Origin: Neisseria lactamica NS19
GTDB lineage: Bacteria; Pseudomonadota; Gammaproteobacteria; Burkholderiales; Neisseriaceae
Assembly (NCBI RefSeq): GCF_000193795.1
Contig: NZ_AEPI01000123.1
Length of the DNA: 32,000 nucleotides
Direction: 5' to 3' (one strand)
The notes beneath the pieces were generated by a model, which was not told the origin of the DNA, made no database searches, and was given only the letters and a program-made list of their open reading frames with translations. Shown here one piece after another: positions 1-8,734 of this stretch. Each line of letters starts with the position of its first letter. Position 1 is the stretch's first letter. The position numbers were made by a program, and so were the translations under genes.

Positions 1-216
1 GCTGGAGGGGCACAGGCAAACGGAATTTGTATCGATTCCATCTGTATTTTAAAAGGGGGTGCTTTCTGCTTGTTTTTTAAATTTAAATCCGGTTTCTTTA
101 AATGGTTATCCAATGTGAAGTGAGGTTTGCCGGCTGTTGTGAAATGCCGATGCGGTACAAACTGTACAGAAGCAGCAGAAGCGGGTGCAAAAGGATAATG
201 GCAGGGCAGTGCGGCT

Positions 217-777
217 TTATGGTCTGAACGGGGCGTATGCCCATTCCCCGGGTTTCAAATCCAAATCAAACAGTTTCAGTCTGCCGCTGGCTACTCTGAC
301 CAGGCGCAGGCAGGGATAGCCGGCTTTGGCGGTCATTCGCCTGACTTGGCGGTTTTTTCCCTCAGAGATGGTGATTTCTATCCAAAAATCGGGAACGGTT
401 TTGCGGACGCGTATCGGCGGAACGCGCTCCCACAAACGCTCGGCTTCGCCGGGATTTAAAACGCGGACGAGGGCAGGGCGGGTAACGAAATCGCCTAAGT
501 CTATCCCTTTTCTTAGGCTTTCCAACCGGCTTTCGTCGGGCAATCCCTCCAGTTGCGCCCAGTAGGTTTTGGGATGTTTGAATTTGGGGTCGGTAATTTT
601 TGCTTGAAGCCAGCCGTCGTCGGTCAGCAGAAGCAGCCCTTCGCTGTCGGTGTCGAGCCGTCCGGCGGGGTAGAAGCCGGGAAGATTGATAAAGTCTTTC
701 AGGCTTTTGTGTTTTTCGTGCGGTGAAAATTGGCAGATGACGCCATAGGGTTTATTGAAGATGATGAGGTTTTTCAT
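217..777 (-). CDS. rluE: 23S rRNA pseudouridine synthase, RluE-like (RsuA/RluB/E/F family, single domain)
   Basis: 186-aa ORF with catalytic motif GRLDTDSEGLLLLTDDG typical of RsuA-family pseudouridine synthases; no N-terminal S4 domain, as in RluE. Confidence 0.8.
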   Translation of the reverse strand: MKNLIIFNKPYGVICQFSPHEKHKSLKDFINLPGFYPAGRLDTDSEGLLLLTDDGWLQAKITDPKFKHPKTYWAQLEGLPDESRLESLRKGIDLGDFVTRPALVRVLNPGEAERLWERVPPIRVRKTVPDFWIEITISEGKNRQVRRMTAKAGYPCLRLVRVASGRLKLFDLDLKPGEWAYAPFRP

Positions 778-967
778 GGTTTGTTTACCGGAATTTCGTC
801 AAGGGTTGCAAATCCGCCTTTCGGAGCGGCGGTAACAGAGGGGCGGAAAGGGGCAACACACTGACTGTGCCGTATGGTTATTTTTGTGCGGAGAAAACAC
901 GGTTTGCCGACGGACGAACCTGCCCGATATGGCGGCCGTTTGGCTTGTGGGGCGGGGTTTCAGCATA

Positions 968-1001
968 AAATGCCGTCTGAAGCGGCGTTCAGACGGCATT
1001 T
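968..1001. terminator. Inverted DUS pair (GCCGTCTGAA 972-981 / TTCAGACGGC 988-997) forming a hairpin downstream of the ybdD-like gene
   Basis: Perfect inverted repeat aaaatgccgtctgaa-N6-ttcagacggcatttg read directly; the DUS-pair terminator arrangement is typical of Neisseria. Confidence 0.7.
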
Positions 1002-1014
1002 GTTTCAAGCAGGC

Positions 1015-1209
1015 TTAACAGCAGCGTCCGCCGTTTGCGCCGCAGCGGCGTTTGCGGCAGTAGTCTTGAAATTGCAGCTTGGTCATCACGGGGGCGTTGG
1101 GATTATGTTTGCGCTGCTGTGCAACGTAGTTTTCATAATCGGGCACGCCTGCCATCAAGTTTGCCGTCAGCTTGATGGTTTTCCACCAAGACGCGAGCTT
1201 ATGCTTCAC
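1015..1209 (-). CDS. YbdD/YjiX-family small protein (DUF466), partner of CstA
   Basis: C-terminal 64 aa of the listed 100-aa ORF: VKHKLASWWKTIKLTANLMAGVPDYENYVAQQRKHNPNAPVMTKLQFQDYCRKRRCGANGGRCC. The MxGxPDYxxYV motif and the terminal GG.RCC match YbdD. GTG at 1209 has GAGG 7 nt upstream and overlaps the cstA stop. Confidence 0.7.
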   Translation of the reverse strand: MKHKLASWWKTIKLTANLMAGVPDYENYVAQQRKHNPNAPVMTKLQFQDYCRKRRCGANGGRCC

Positions 1210-3280
1210 TTTGTGCCTCTGGCTGCTTGCCGTCGCGGTACACCGCCGGGATTTCTTTGGCGGTCGACCAGCCGACTTTGCGTGCTTTGAGGGCGGTACG
1301 CACGCCGTAGATGGCAACGATGACGACGACTAAGAGGAACAATGCGGTCAGACCGGCATTAATTTTGTCGTTGAAGATGATTTGCGCCATTTCGCCGATG
1401 TCTTTAGCCGGTGCGAGGACTTCGTTTTTAGCCAATGCGTCGCTGTATTTGCCGGCGTGGGCAAGGAAGCTGACGCGCGGGTCGCTGTGGAACAGTTTTT
1501 GCAGGCCGGCATAGCAGGTTACAAACAGTACGCCGACGGCGGGAACGAGTGCCACCCAGACATAACGGTCGCGCTTCATCTTAATCAGCACGACGGCACA
1601 CATAATCAAGGCTACGCCTGCCAGCATTTGGTTGGCGATGCCGAACAAAGGCCAGAGCGAGTTGATGCCGCCCAACGGGTCGGTTACGCCGGTGTAGAGG
1701 AAGTAGCCCCACAATGCCACGGCGAAGAAGGTCGCAATCAGGTTGGCAGGAATGGAATCGGTGTTGCCGAAAGGTTTGTAGAAAATACTGCCCAAGTCTT
1801 GAATCATGAAGCGTGCGACGCGCGTGCCGGCATCGACGGCGGTCAGGATGAACAAGGCTTCAAACAGCAGGGCGAAGTGATACCAGAACGCCATCATGGC
1901 TTCGCCCGGAATCAGGCGGCTCATGATGTGCGCCATACCGACTGCGAGAGTGGGCGCACCGCCCGCACGGGACAGGATGGTGTTTTCGCCGACTTCCTTA
2001 GCGGTGTGCAACAGGGTTGCGGCATCGACAGGGAAGTTCAGCTTGGTGGTAATTACTTCGGCGGCGGTATTGGCATCCGTACCGATCAGGGCGGCAGGGC
2101 TATTCATCGCGAAGTACACGCCGGGATCGAGCGAAGCGGCGGCGGCAAGCGCCATAATGGCTACGAAACTTTCCATCAACATACCGCCGTAACCGATCAT
2201 ACGGACGTGGGTTTCGTTTTCCAGCATTTTCGGCGTAGTACCGGAAGAAATCAGCGCGTGGAAGCCTGAAACCGCACCGCAGGCGATGGTGATGAACAAG
2301 AATGGGAACAATGCGCCTGAGAATACCGGGCCCGAACCGTCGATAAAGTGGGTAACCGCAGGCATTTGCAAAGCGGGATTGACGATGACGATGCCCAAAG
2401 CCAAGGCCGCAATCGTACCGATTTTCAGGAAGGTAGAGAGGTAGTCGCGCGGGGTCAGCAAGAGCCAGACCGGCAAAACCGAAGCCACGAAACCGTAAAT
2501 CATAATCGCCCAAGTCAATTGGATGCCGTCAAGGTCGAACCAATGCCCAAAGGAACTTTTCGCCACATCTTCGCCGTAAACCACCGCCAACATCAGCAAA
2601 ATAAAGCCGACGATGGAAATCTCGCCGATTTTTCCCGGACGGATATAACGCGTGTAGATACCCATAAACAGCGCAATCGGCATCGTTGCGGCAATGGTAA
2701 ACGTACCCCAAGGGCTGTGAACCAGCGCTTTGACGACAATCAACGCCAACACCGCCATAATGATGACCATAATCATCAAAATACCGATGGACGCAATCAC
2801 GCCGGGAACAGTGCCGAGTTCCTGTTTCACAATATCGCCCAAAGACTTACCGTCGCGGCGCATAGAGACGAACAAGACCATCATATCCTGTACCGCGCCG
2901 GCAAATACCACGCCGAAGATGATCCACAAAGTACCGGGCAGATAACCCATTTGCGCCGCCAAAACCGGACCGACCAAAGGGCCCGCGCCGGCAATCGCGG
3001 CAAAGTGGTGTCCGAACAATACGCCTTTGTGCGTCGGAACGTAGTCCAAGCCGTCGTTGTGGCGTTCTGCCGGAGTCAGGCGGTCAGGATCGAGCCGCAT
3101 CACGCGGTTGGCGATGTAGAGGCTGTAAAAACGGTAGGCGATGCAGTAAACGGATATGGCGGCGGTAACCATCCATACCGCGCTGACCTGTTCGCCGCGG
3201 CTGAGTGCCAAAGTGGTAAAGGATGCTACGCCGACCAGTACCACTATGCCCCAAATGAGGAAGGTTTTGAGTGATTTCAT
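1199..3280 (-). CDS. cstA: Carbon starvation protein A (peptide/pyruvate transporter family)
   Basis: Long polytopic membrane ORF with clear CstA-type sequence. Start moved to the internal ATG at 3280 (MKSLKTFLIWG...), which has an AAGGA Shine-Dalgarno; the upstream extension in the ORF track looks non-coding. Confidence 0.93.
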   Translation of the reverse strand: MKSLKTFLIWGIVVLVGVASFTTLALSRGEQVSAVWMVTAAISVYCIAYRFYSLYIANRVMRLDPDRLTPAERHNDGLDYVPTHKGVLFGHHFAAIAGAGPLVGPVLAAQMGYLPGTLWIIFGVVFAGAVQDMMVLFVSMRRDGKSLGDIVKQELGTVPGVIASIGILMIMVIIMAVLALIVVKALVHSPWGTFTIAATMPIALFMGIYTRYIRPGKIGEISIVGFILLMLAVVYGEDVAKSSFGHWFDLDGIQLTWAIMIYGFVASVLPVWLLLTPRDYLSTFLKIGTIAALALGIVIVNPALQMPAVTHFIDGSGPVFSGALFPFLFITIACGAVSGFHALISSGTTPKMLENETHVRMIGYGGMLMESFVAIMALAAAASLDPGVYFAMNSPAALIGTDANTAAEVITTKLNFPVDAATLLHTAKEVGENTILSRAGGAPTLAVGMAHIMSRLIPGEAMMAFWYHFALLFEALFILTAVDAGTRVARFMIQDLGSIFYKPFGNTDSIPANLIATFFAVALWGYFLYTGVTDPLGGINSLWPLFGIANQMLAGVALIMCAVVLIKMKRDRYVWVALVPAVGVLFVTCYAGLQKLFHSDPRVSFLAHAGKYSDALAKNEVLAPAKDIGEMAQIIFNDKINAGLTALFLLVVVIVAIYGVRTALKARKVGWSTAKEIPAVYRDGKQPEAQSEA

Positions 3281-3796
3281 GGAATTAATCCTTATCTCAC
3301 ACTGTCGGAATATGCCTGAACGGCAGGAAACGACCGCCTGCCGGCACGGGCACAAACCGGAGTCTGAATGATTGACGAAGTATGAAACAGCGCGCTTGTC
3401 GGGACTTGTGCCTTATGCCCGCATCAAACAGTGCAGGGATATACGCGCACAAAACGTTAAACGCCGAATAGGATTTTAACGCAAATTAGCATACTGATAG
3501 CGGTTTTTACTTGGAATTTGGAAAAAATTTACATTCCTCCGAGCGGGCAGGCAGGTTCAGACGGCATCGTCAGGCAAAAGGTGGTGTCGGAAGACGGGTA
3601 AAGAAGGGGCGCGCAATCCGGATTATCGATTTATCGTGTTTCCTTTTCGGTTGAACTCCCGCCACTTGGACATCCGTCTTTCGGGGCGGTAGAATCGGAC
3701 TTTATTTGGGAGGGGTGCAACCCCTTCCGAATCAGGGCGGCACATAGGGCGGTGCCTTATGTGCCGCCATGTGTTTTGAAACATTGGGGAGCTTTT

Positions 3797-4177
3797 ATGA
3801 ATATCAGGTTTTTCGCGCTGACCGTGCCGGTTTTGTCTTTGGCGGCCTGTGCCGCATCGGAGGCGTATGATGGCGGCGGACGCGGGCATATGCCGCCTGT
3901 TCAAAACCAAGCCGGCCCGGCCGATTTTCGGGCGTTTTCATGCGAGAACGGTTTGTCTGTGCGCGTCCGTCAGTTAGGCAGCGGAAAGGTTGAATTACGT
4001 TTGGATGACAAACGTGCTGTTTTGTCTTCCGCCGTTGCTGCATCCGGTGAACGTTATACTGCAGAAAACGGTCTGTTCGGAAGCGGGACCGAGTGGCATC
4101 AGAAAGGAGGCGAAGCCTTCTTCGGCTTTACCGATGCCTACGGCAATTCGGTCGAAACTTTCTGCCGCGCCCGCTAA
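3797..4177 (+). CDS. MliC-family C-type lysozyme inhibitor lipoprotein (SliC-like)
   Basis: Start at ATG 3797 (GGGGA SD). Signal peptide MNIRFFALTVPVLSLAAC with lipobox. MliC hallmark motifs SGERY and W.QKGGEA, plus the conserved Cys pair. Confidence 0.8.
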   Translation: MNIRFFALTVPVLSLAACAASEAYDGGGRGHMPPVQNQAGPADFRAFSCENGLSVRVRQLGSGKVELRLDDKRAVLSSAVAASGERYTAENGLFGSGTEWHQKGGEAFFGFTDAYGNSVETFCRAR

Positions 4178-4196
4178 ACGGGGCAGCCTGTTTGAG

Positions 4197-4226
4197 CCGC
4201 CGTCCGGATTTTTCGGGCGGTTTTTT
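4197..4226 (+). terminator. Rho-independent terminator after the MliC-like gene
   Basis: CCGCCGTCCGG-loop-CGGGCGG hairpin followed by TTTTTT. Confidence 0.6.
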
Positions 4227-4277
4227 ATGTCGGATTTGTTTTGCCGTTCGGCCTCCAGCAGGGTTCGGGCTGCCTGA

Positions 4278-4382
4278 TATAGTGGATTAACAAAAATCAG
4301 GACAAGGCGGCGAGCCGCAGACAGTACAAATAGTACGGCAAGGCGAGCCAACGCCGTACTGGTTTAAATTTAATTCACTATA
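4278..4382. repeat. Correia repeat-enclosed element, short (about 105 bp) form
   Basis: TATAGTGGATTAACAAAAATCAGGACAAGGCGGCGAGCC ... GGTTTAAATTTAATTCACTATA; characteristic terminal inverted repeats with TA ends. Confidence 0.92.
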
Positions 4383-4657
4383 TTTTTCTTAAACGACAGG
4401 GATTGCGCCCGCGCCATATTCAGACACCGCCCGGATGTTGCTCCGCCCGGCCGGATGCTTCAGACGGCATCGGAAGGGTTTGCGGTTTTGGAATATGAAG
4501 ATGATTTCGCAGACGGATTTAGGCTTGGTCGCGTGGTATGGGGCGATACGGCAGGCAGCAGGGGATGATTTTGATTTGTTGTTTGAGAAAGTTTGATTTT
4601 CTTTACGGTTGCGGTATGATTGCGGAAATTAACACTTCTTAATGAAACGGGATTGGT

Positions 4658-4936
4658 ATGAAAAAAGTATTTACTCTTGCCATTAGTGCAATTTTATTGG
4701 CCGGATGTGCCGGTACAAATTTCAGTTGGGATAACGCCCGGCAGATAAAGCAAGGTATGGATGAACAGGAGGTATTAACTTTGCTGGGCAATCCAAATTT
4801 AACAAAGTCCTCTCCTGAAGGCTTGGTTTATGTGTGGTCGTTTGCGAATGGACTAACCGGATCGGTTCGAACAGTTTCGGTTGTTATGAAAGATGGGGTT
4901 GTTGTTTCTGCCCCTGTTATTCCTGCAGGATATTAA
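4658..4936 (+). CDS. Small lipoprotein of unknown function
   Basis: 92-aa ORF, signal peptide MKKVFTLAISAILLAGC with lipobox LAGC; sits in a lower-GC stretch; hairpin terminator follows. Confidence 0.6.
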   Translation: MKKVFTLAISAILLAGCAGTNFSWDNARQIKQGMDEQEVLTLLGNPNLTKSSPEGLVYVWSFANGLTGSVRTVSVVMKDGVVVSAPVIPAGY

Positions 4937-4956
4937 GTATCCATCTGTAGAATTTT

Positions 4957-4976
4957 GCCCGCTTCATGCGGGCTTT
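4957..4976 (+). terminator. Hairpin terminator GCCCGC-ttcat-GCGGGC-TTT
   Basis: Read directly, 21 nt after the lipoprotein stop. Confidence 0.5.
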
Positions 4977-5004
4977 GCTCAATCAAATTTAACTAAGGAT
5001 AAAC

Positions 5005-6168
5005 ATGAATACGGTGGCTGTAAGTGCGGTATTTAAAGAACGGATTGCTTCCCATGCGGAACATGTCAAGAAGGTTGCACATATCTGTACTACCGAAGAG
5101 ACGACAAAACAGGCTTTGATTTTGCCTTTATTGGATATTTTAGGTTTCTCGGCATTCGATCCGAATAAGGTTCGGGCGGAATATCAGGCGGATTTTCCGG
5201 GTGCAAAATCAGGGGAGCGGGTCGATTACGCATTGTTTTGCAACGGCGTACCGGTTATGTTTATCGAAGCAAAATCATATAGTGAGAATTTGTCCAATCA
5301 TTGTCCGCAGTTGTCGCGTTACTTCAATGCCACGCCTGAAGTAGCCATTTGCGCTATTACCAATGGCCGGGAATGGCGGTTTTTTACCGATTTGTCCAAT
5401 AAGAATATTATGGATTCGGAGCCGTTTTTGACCGTTGATATTACGATGTTGAATGAAAATGATGTGGCGCAACTGTATCAGTTCAGGCACGACAAGTTTC
5501 AACCTGATGCATTGCGAAGCCTTGCAGAAGAAAGCATATACCTGACGGCATTTACAGAATCAATCACAGAAAGTTTGAAAGAGGTGGATTTTGATTTCGT
5601 CCGTTATGTGGCGGGAAGGGCAAATATTCAGCGGCAGTTTACCCAACGATATTTGGAAAGCATACGTCATATCGTCAAACAGGCTGTTCAAAATACGGTT
5701 AGTTCAATGATTGTGTCGGGGCTTAGTGCGCCGAAAGTGCAAGAGGAAGCCGCTCCTGTTGAGACGGGGAGGCAGGAAGACCCAACAGCACCGATTATCG
5801 ACCCCGAAAACAATAAAATCGTTACCACTTATGCGGAAAGAAGGTTGTTTGATTTGGTTAAATCAATTCTTCCTGATGATGCGAGTATTGAGGCAAAGGA
5901 TACGGAAAGCTATTTCGGCGTATTGGTTGATGGTAAAAGCAACAGATGGATATTACGGTATTTTGACAATAAACAAAGGCCGTCTGTAATCTTCCCAATC
6001 GAATTGGAAGAGTCGGATATTTCGAATATCGAACGATGCGGACTTGAGGTATCAGGCAATCAAGTTATTATTGATACGCCTGAAAACCTGCTTCGTGTTG
6101 TTTGGTTGGTTATTGATTCTTACCGATTCTGCTGTGATGACGAGAATTTTAAACGCAAACCTAAATAA
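5005..6168 (+). CDS. PD-(D/E)XK nuclease-like protein (type I restriction enzyme R N-terminal-like domain) with an uncharacterised C-terminal half
   Basis: 387-aa ORF. The N-terminal region has the ...GERVDYALF...VMFIEAKS... D-x12-E-x-K pattern typical of the HsdR N-terminal / Mrr-like fold. Lower GC than neighbours, strong terminator downstream. Confidence 0.6.
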   Translation: MNTVAVSAVFKERIASHAEHVKKVAHICTTEETTKQALILPLLDILGFSAFDPNKVRAEYQADFPGAKSGERVDYALFCNGVPVMFIEAKSYSENLSNHCPQLSRYFNATPEVAICAITNGREWRFFTDLSNKNIMDSEPFLTVDITMLNENDVAQLYQFRHDKFQPDALRSLAEESIYLTAFTESITESLKEVDFDFVRYVAGRANIQRQFTQRYLESIRHIVKQAVQNTVSSMIVSGLSAPKVQEEAAPVETGRQEDPTAPIIDPENNKIVTTYAERRLFDLVKSILPDDASIEAKDTESYFGVLVDGKSNRWILRYFDNKQRPSVIFPIELEESDISNIERCGLEVSGNQVIIDTPENLLRVVWLVIDSYRFCCDDENFKRKPK

Positions 6169-6174
6169 GGCAAC

Positions 6175-6206
6175 AAAACCCCCTGCATATGCAGGGGGTT
6201 TGTTTT
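6175..6206 (+). terminator. Rho-independent terminator AAAACCCCCTGCatatGCAGGGGGTTTGTTTT
   Basis: Perfect 8-9 bp GC-rich palindrome plus T-run immediately after the 5005-6168 stop. Confidence 0.75.
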
Positions 6207-6297
6207 ATATTTCTGTCTGTGGCGTAAGAACCACATCAAATGTCCGCGATTTTGACGGCATTTGAAAGCGGATATCCCGCATACCGGAGGACACGAA

Positions 6298-7731
6298 ATG
6301 AACGAATATTCCCAATTAATCCAGCATCCCGATATTTCCCTTTCCCCGATTTCAGACGGCATCGGGGTTGGCAATCCGGCAACGGGCGAGACTTTGGCGT
6401 TTGTCCGCAAGACGGATTCGGACAAGCTGAAAAACCTGATTCAAAAGGCGGCGGCAGCGCAAAAATTATGGGCGGCGAAAACTGCGTTGGAACGTGCCGA
6501 CATATTGTGGCGTTGGTATTTTTTGGTTAAAGAAAACAAGGAAGAACTGGCGCGCCTGATGACGATGGAGCAGGGCAAAAGTCTGACCGAGTCGCGCGGC
6601 GAAATCGATTATTCCGCTTCGTTTGTGCGCTGGTTTGCCGAAGAAGCGCGGCGGATTGACGGCGATGTGTTAACGAGTGTGAAAGCGTCGCAAAAACTGG
6701 TCGTATTGAAACAGCCGGTCGGCGTTACCGCTGCGATTACGCCGTGGAACTTCCCGTCCGCGATGATTGCGCGCAAGGCCGCGCCTGCTTTGGCGGTGGG
6801 CTGCGCGATGATAGTCAAACCCGCGTCGCTCACGCCTTTAAGCGCGTATGCCTTGGCTTCGTTGGCTTACGAAGCGGGCGTGCCGCAGGATTTATTGCCC
6901 GTTGTCAGCGGTAGTGCTTCGGAAATCAGCCATGAATTTGCCACAAATCCGATTATCCGCAAAATCAGCTTCACCGGCTCGACCGAAGTCGGCGCAAAAA
7001 TATTTGCCGACAGCGCGGCGGACATTAAAAAACTCAGTTTGGAACTGGGCGGCAACGCGCCGTTTATCGTGTTTGACGATGCCGATTTGGACAAAGCCGT
7101 GGAAGGCGCGCTTGTCGGCAAATTCCGCAACAGCGGTCAGACCTGCGTCTGTACCAACCGCGTTTACGCCCAATCGGGCATTTACGACGCATTTTGCCGC
7201 AAATTGAGTGAAAAAGCAGCCGCGCTCAAATTGGGCAACGGCTTGGAAGAAGGCGTAAACCAAGGGCCGCTGATTGAGGAAAAAGCGGTAGAGAAAGTCG
7301 AGCAGCACATCGCCGATGCGCTCTCCAAAGGCGCGGTCTGCCTGACCGGCGGCAAACGCAGTGCATTGGGCGGAACGTTTTTCGAGCCGACCGTTTTAAG
7401 CGGCGTAACGGCGCAAATGGCGGTAGCTCGCGAGGAAACCTTCGGGCCTTTGTGTCCGGTGTTCCGTTTTGAAACCGAAGCCGAAGTCATCGCGGCCGCC
7501 AACAATACGGAATACGGTTTGGCGGCTTACCTTTTCACTGCCGACACCGCCCGCCAATGGCGCGTCGGCGAAGCCTTGGAATACGGCATGGTCGGCATCA
7601 ATACGGGCTTAATCAGCAATGAAGTGGCGCCGTTTGGCGGAGTGAAACGCAGCGGTTTGGGGCGCGAAGGCGGCAAATATGGTGCAGATGAATATCTGGA
7701 ATTGAAATATTTGTGTATTGATGTCGGGTGA
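6298..7731 (+). CDS. gabD: NAD(P)-dependent succinate-semialdehyde dehydrogenase (aldehyde dehydrogenase family)
   Basis: ALDH motifs ELGGNAP and catalytic Cys in GQTCVCTNR. Start moved to ATG 6298 (MNEYSQL...) behind a GGAGGA SD. Confidence 0.85.
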   Translation: MNEYSQLIQHPDISLSPISDGIGVGNPATGETLAFVRKTDSDKLKNLIQKAAAAQKLWAAKTALERADILWRWYFLVKENKEELARLMTMEQGKSLTESRGEIDYSASFVRWFAEEARRIDGDVLTSVKASQKLVVLKQPVGVTAAITPWNFPSAMIARKAAPALAVGCAMIVKPASLTPLSAYALASLAYEAGVPQDLLPVVSGSASEISHEFATNPIIRKISFTGSTEVGAKIFADSAADIKKLSLELGGNAPFIVFDDADLDKAVEGALVGKFRNSGQTCVCTNRVYAQSGIYDAFCRKLSEKAAALKLGNGLEEGVNQGPLIEEKAVEKVEQHIADALSKGAVCLTGGKRSALGGTFFEPTVLSGVTAQMAVAREETFGPLCPVFRFETEAEVIAAANNTEYGLAAYLFTADTARQWRVGEALEYGMVGINTGLISNEVAPFGGVKRSGLGREGGKYGADEYLELKYLCIDVG

Positions 7732-7840
7732 CGGATGCCGTCCGAACGGCAGTTCGCCGGAGTGCGCCGCATTTCAAGCAGCCTTTATCTGTTGTACAAT
7801 GCGGCCTGTTTTTACGGTTATTTTTGATTTGAATTAAGAT

Positions 7841-8626
7841 ATGATGGAAAACGGAAAAACAGTCTCGAGATGGCGTTTTGCCTTGAAAAGTGCGGGCTGG
7901 CACCTTTTAATCAGCCTGTCGGTTGCAGGGCTGGCGGCATTGCTGGTTTTTAAGGTTTGGTATCCTTATCCTTATGCCGAGCTGACGGGAGGTCTGTCGC
8001 TTTATCAGCTGGTGGTGGCGGTCGATATCGTATGCGGCCCCCTGCTGACGCTGATATTGTCCAGCCCGAAAAAGACAGGCAGGGCGCGGGCCGTGGATTT
8101 TTCCCTGACCGGCGCGATTCAGCTGGCCGCATTGGCGTATGGTTTGCACAGCGTTTCTTTGGCGCGTCCCGTAGTGGAGGCGTTTGAACAGGATCGAATA
8201 ACTATTGTTACGGCGGCGGAGGTCGTGGTTGAAGATTTGCACAAAGCCCCCGAAGGGCTGCAAAGCCTGTCGTGGTTCGGCATCCGCCGCGTCGGGCTGA
8301 AAGAGCCTGATACGGCGGACGAAGAAAACAAAACCTTGGATTTGTCCCTGAAAGGTATCGAACCGAGTATGCGTCCGGACCGGTGGCTGCCGTATTCCGA
8401 CAAGGAAGCGGAAGAAATCCGTAAGGCGATGAAGCCGCTGAAAAAATTGGCGGATGCGAGAAAAATCGCCGTTGCCGATATTTTGAAGCAGGCAGACATT
8501 TCTGAAGATAAAGACTGGTATTTCCTGCCCTTTACCGCCGGCAGGCAGAAAGATTGGATTGTGGTGCTGGACGCGCAGGGAAATGCCCGAGGCTACGCGC
8601 CGATAGACGGCTTTATCGCCGACTGA
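7841..8626 (+). CDS. Inner-membrane protein with 3 predicted TM helices and a soluble C-terminal domain (possibly type IV pilin accessory TfpB/FimB-like; weak recollection)
   Basis: 261-aa ORF. Hydrophobic segments WHLLISLSVAGLAALLVF, LYQLVVAVDIVCGPLLTLIL and FSLTGAIQLAALAYGL; DUS-pair terminator directly downstream. Confidence 0.55.
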   Translation: MMENGKTVSRWRFALKSAGWHLLISLSVAGLAALLVFKVWYPYPYAELTGGLSLYQLVVAVDIVCGPLLTLILSSPKKTGRARAVDFSLTGAIQLAALAYGLHSVSLARPVVEAFEQDRITIVTAAEVVVEDLHKAPEGLQSLSWFGIRRVGLKEPDTADEENKTLDLSLKGIEPSMRPDRWLPYSDKEAEEIRKAMKPLKKLADARKIAVADILKQADISEDKDWYFLPFTAGRQKDWIVVLDAQGNARGYAPIDGFIAD

Positions 8627-8630
8627 ACCC

Positions 8631-8663
8631 GATGCCGTCTGAAACCGGCGTTCAGACGGCATC
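8631..8663. terminator. Inverted DUS pair terminator (8634-8643 / 8651-8660)
   Basis: gatgccgtctgaaaccggcgttcagacggcatc read directly. Confidence 0.7.
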
Positions 8664-8734
8664 CCTGATATGCCGGATATTGCAAACACAACGGCAGCCC
8701 CGCTGCCGCCGTATCGTTGGGGAACATAAAAATC

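Noticed and set aside
1382-3274. Long + strand ORFs (1382-2269, 2348-3274 and smaller ones) opposite cstA
   Set aside because: They are antisense shadows of a strongly conserved transporter gene. The products are Arg/Gly/His/Gln-rich low-complexity with no recognisable domain.
3623-4351. Minus-strand ORFs 3623-3910, 3804-4043 and 3995-4351, and + strand ORFs 3990-4290
   Set aside because: They overlap the MliC-like gene, its terminator and the Correia element, and their composition is non-protein-like.
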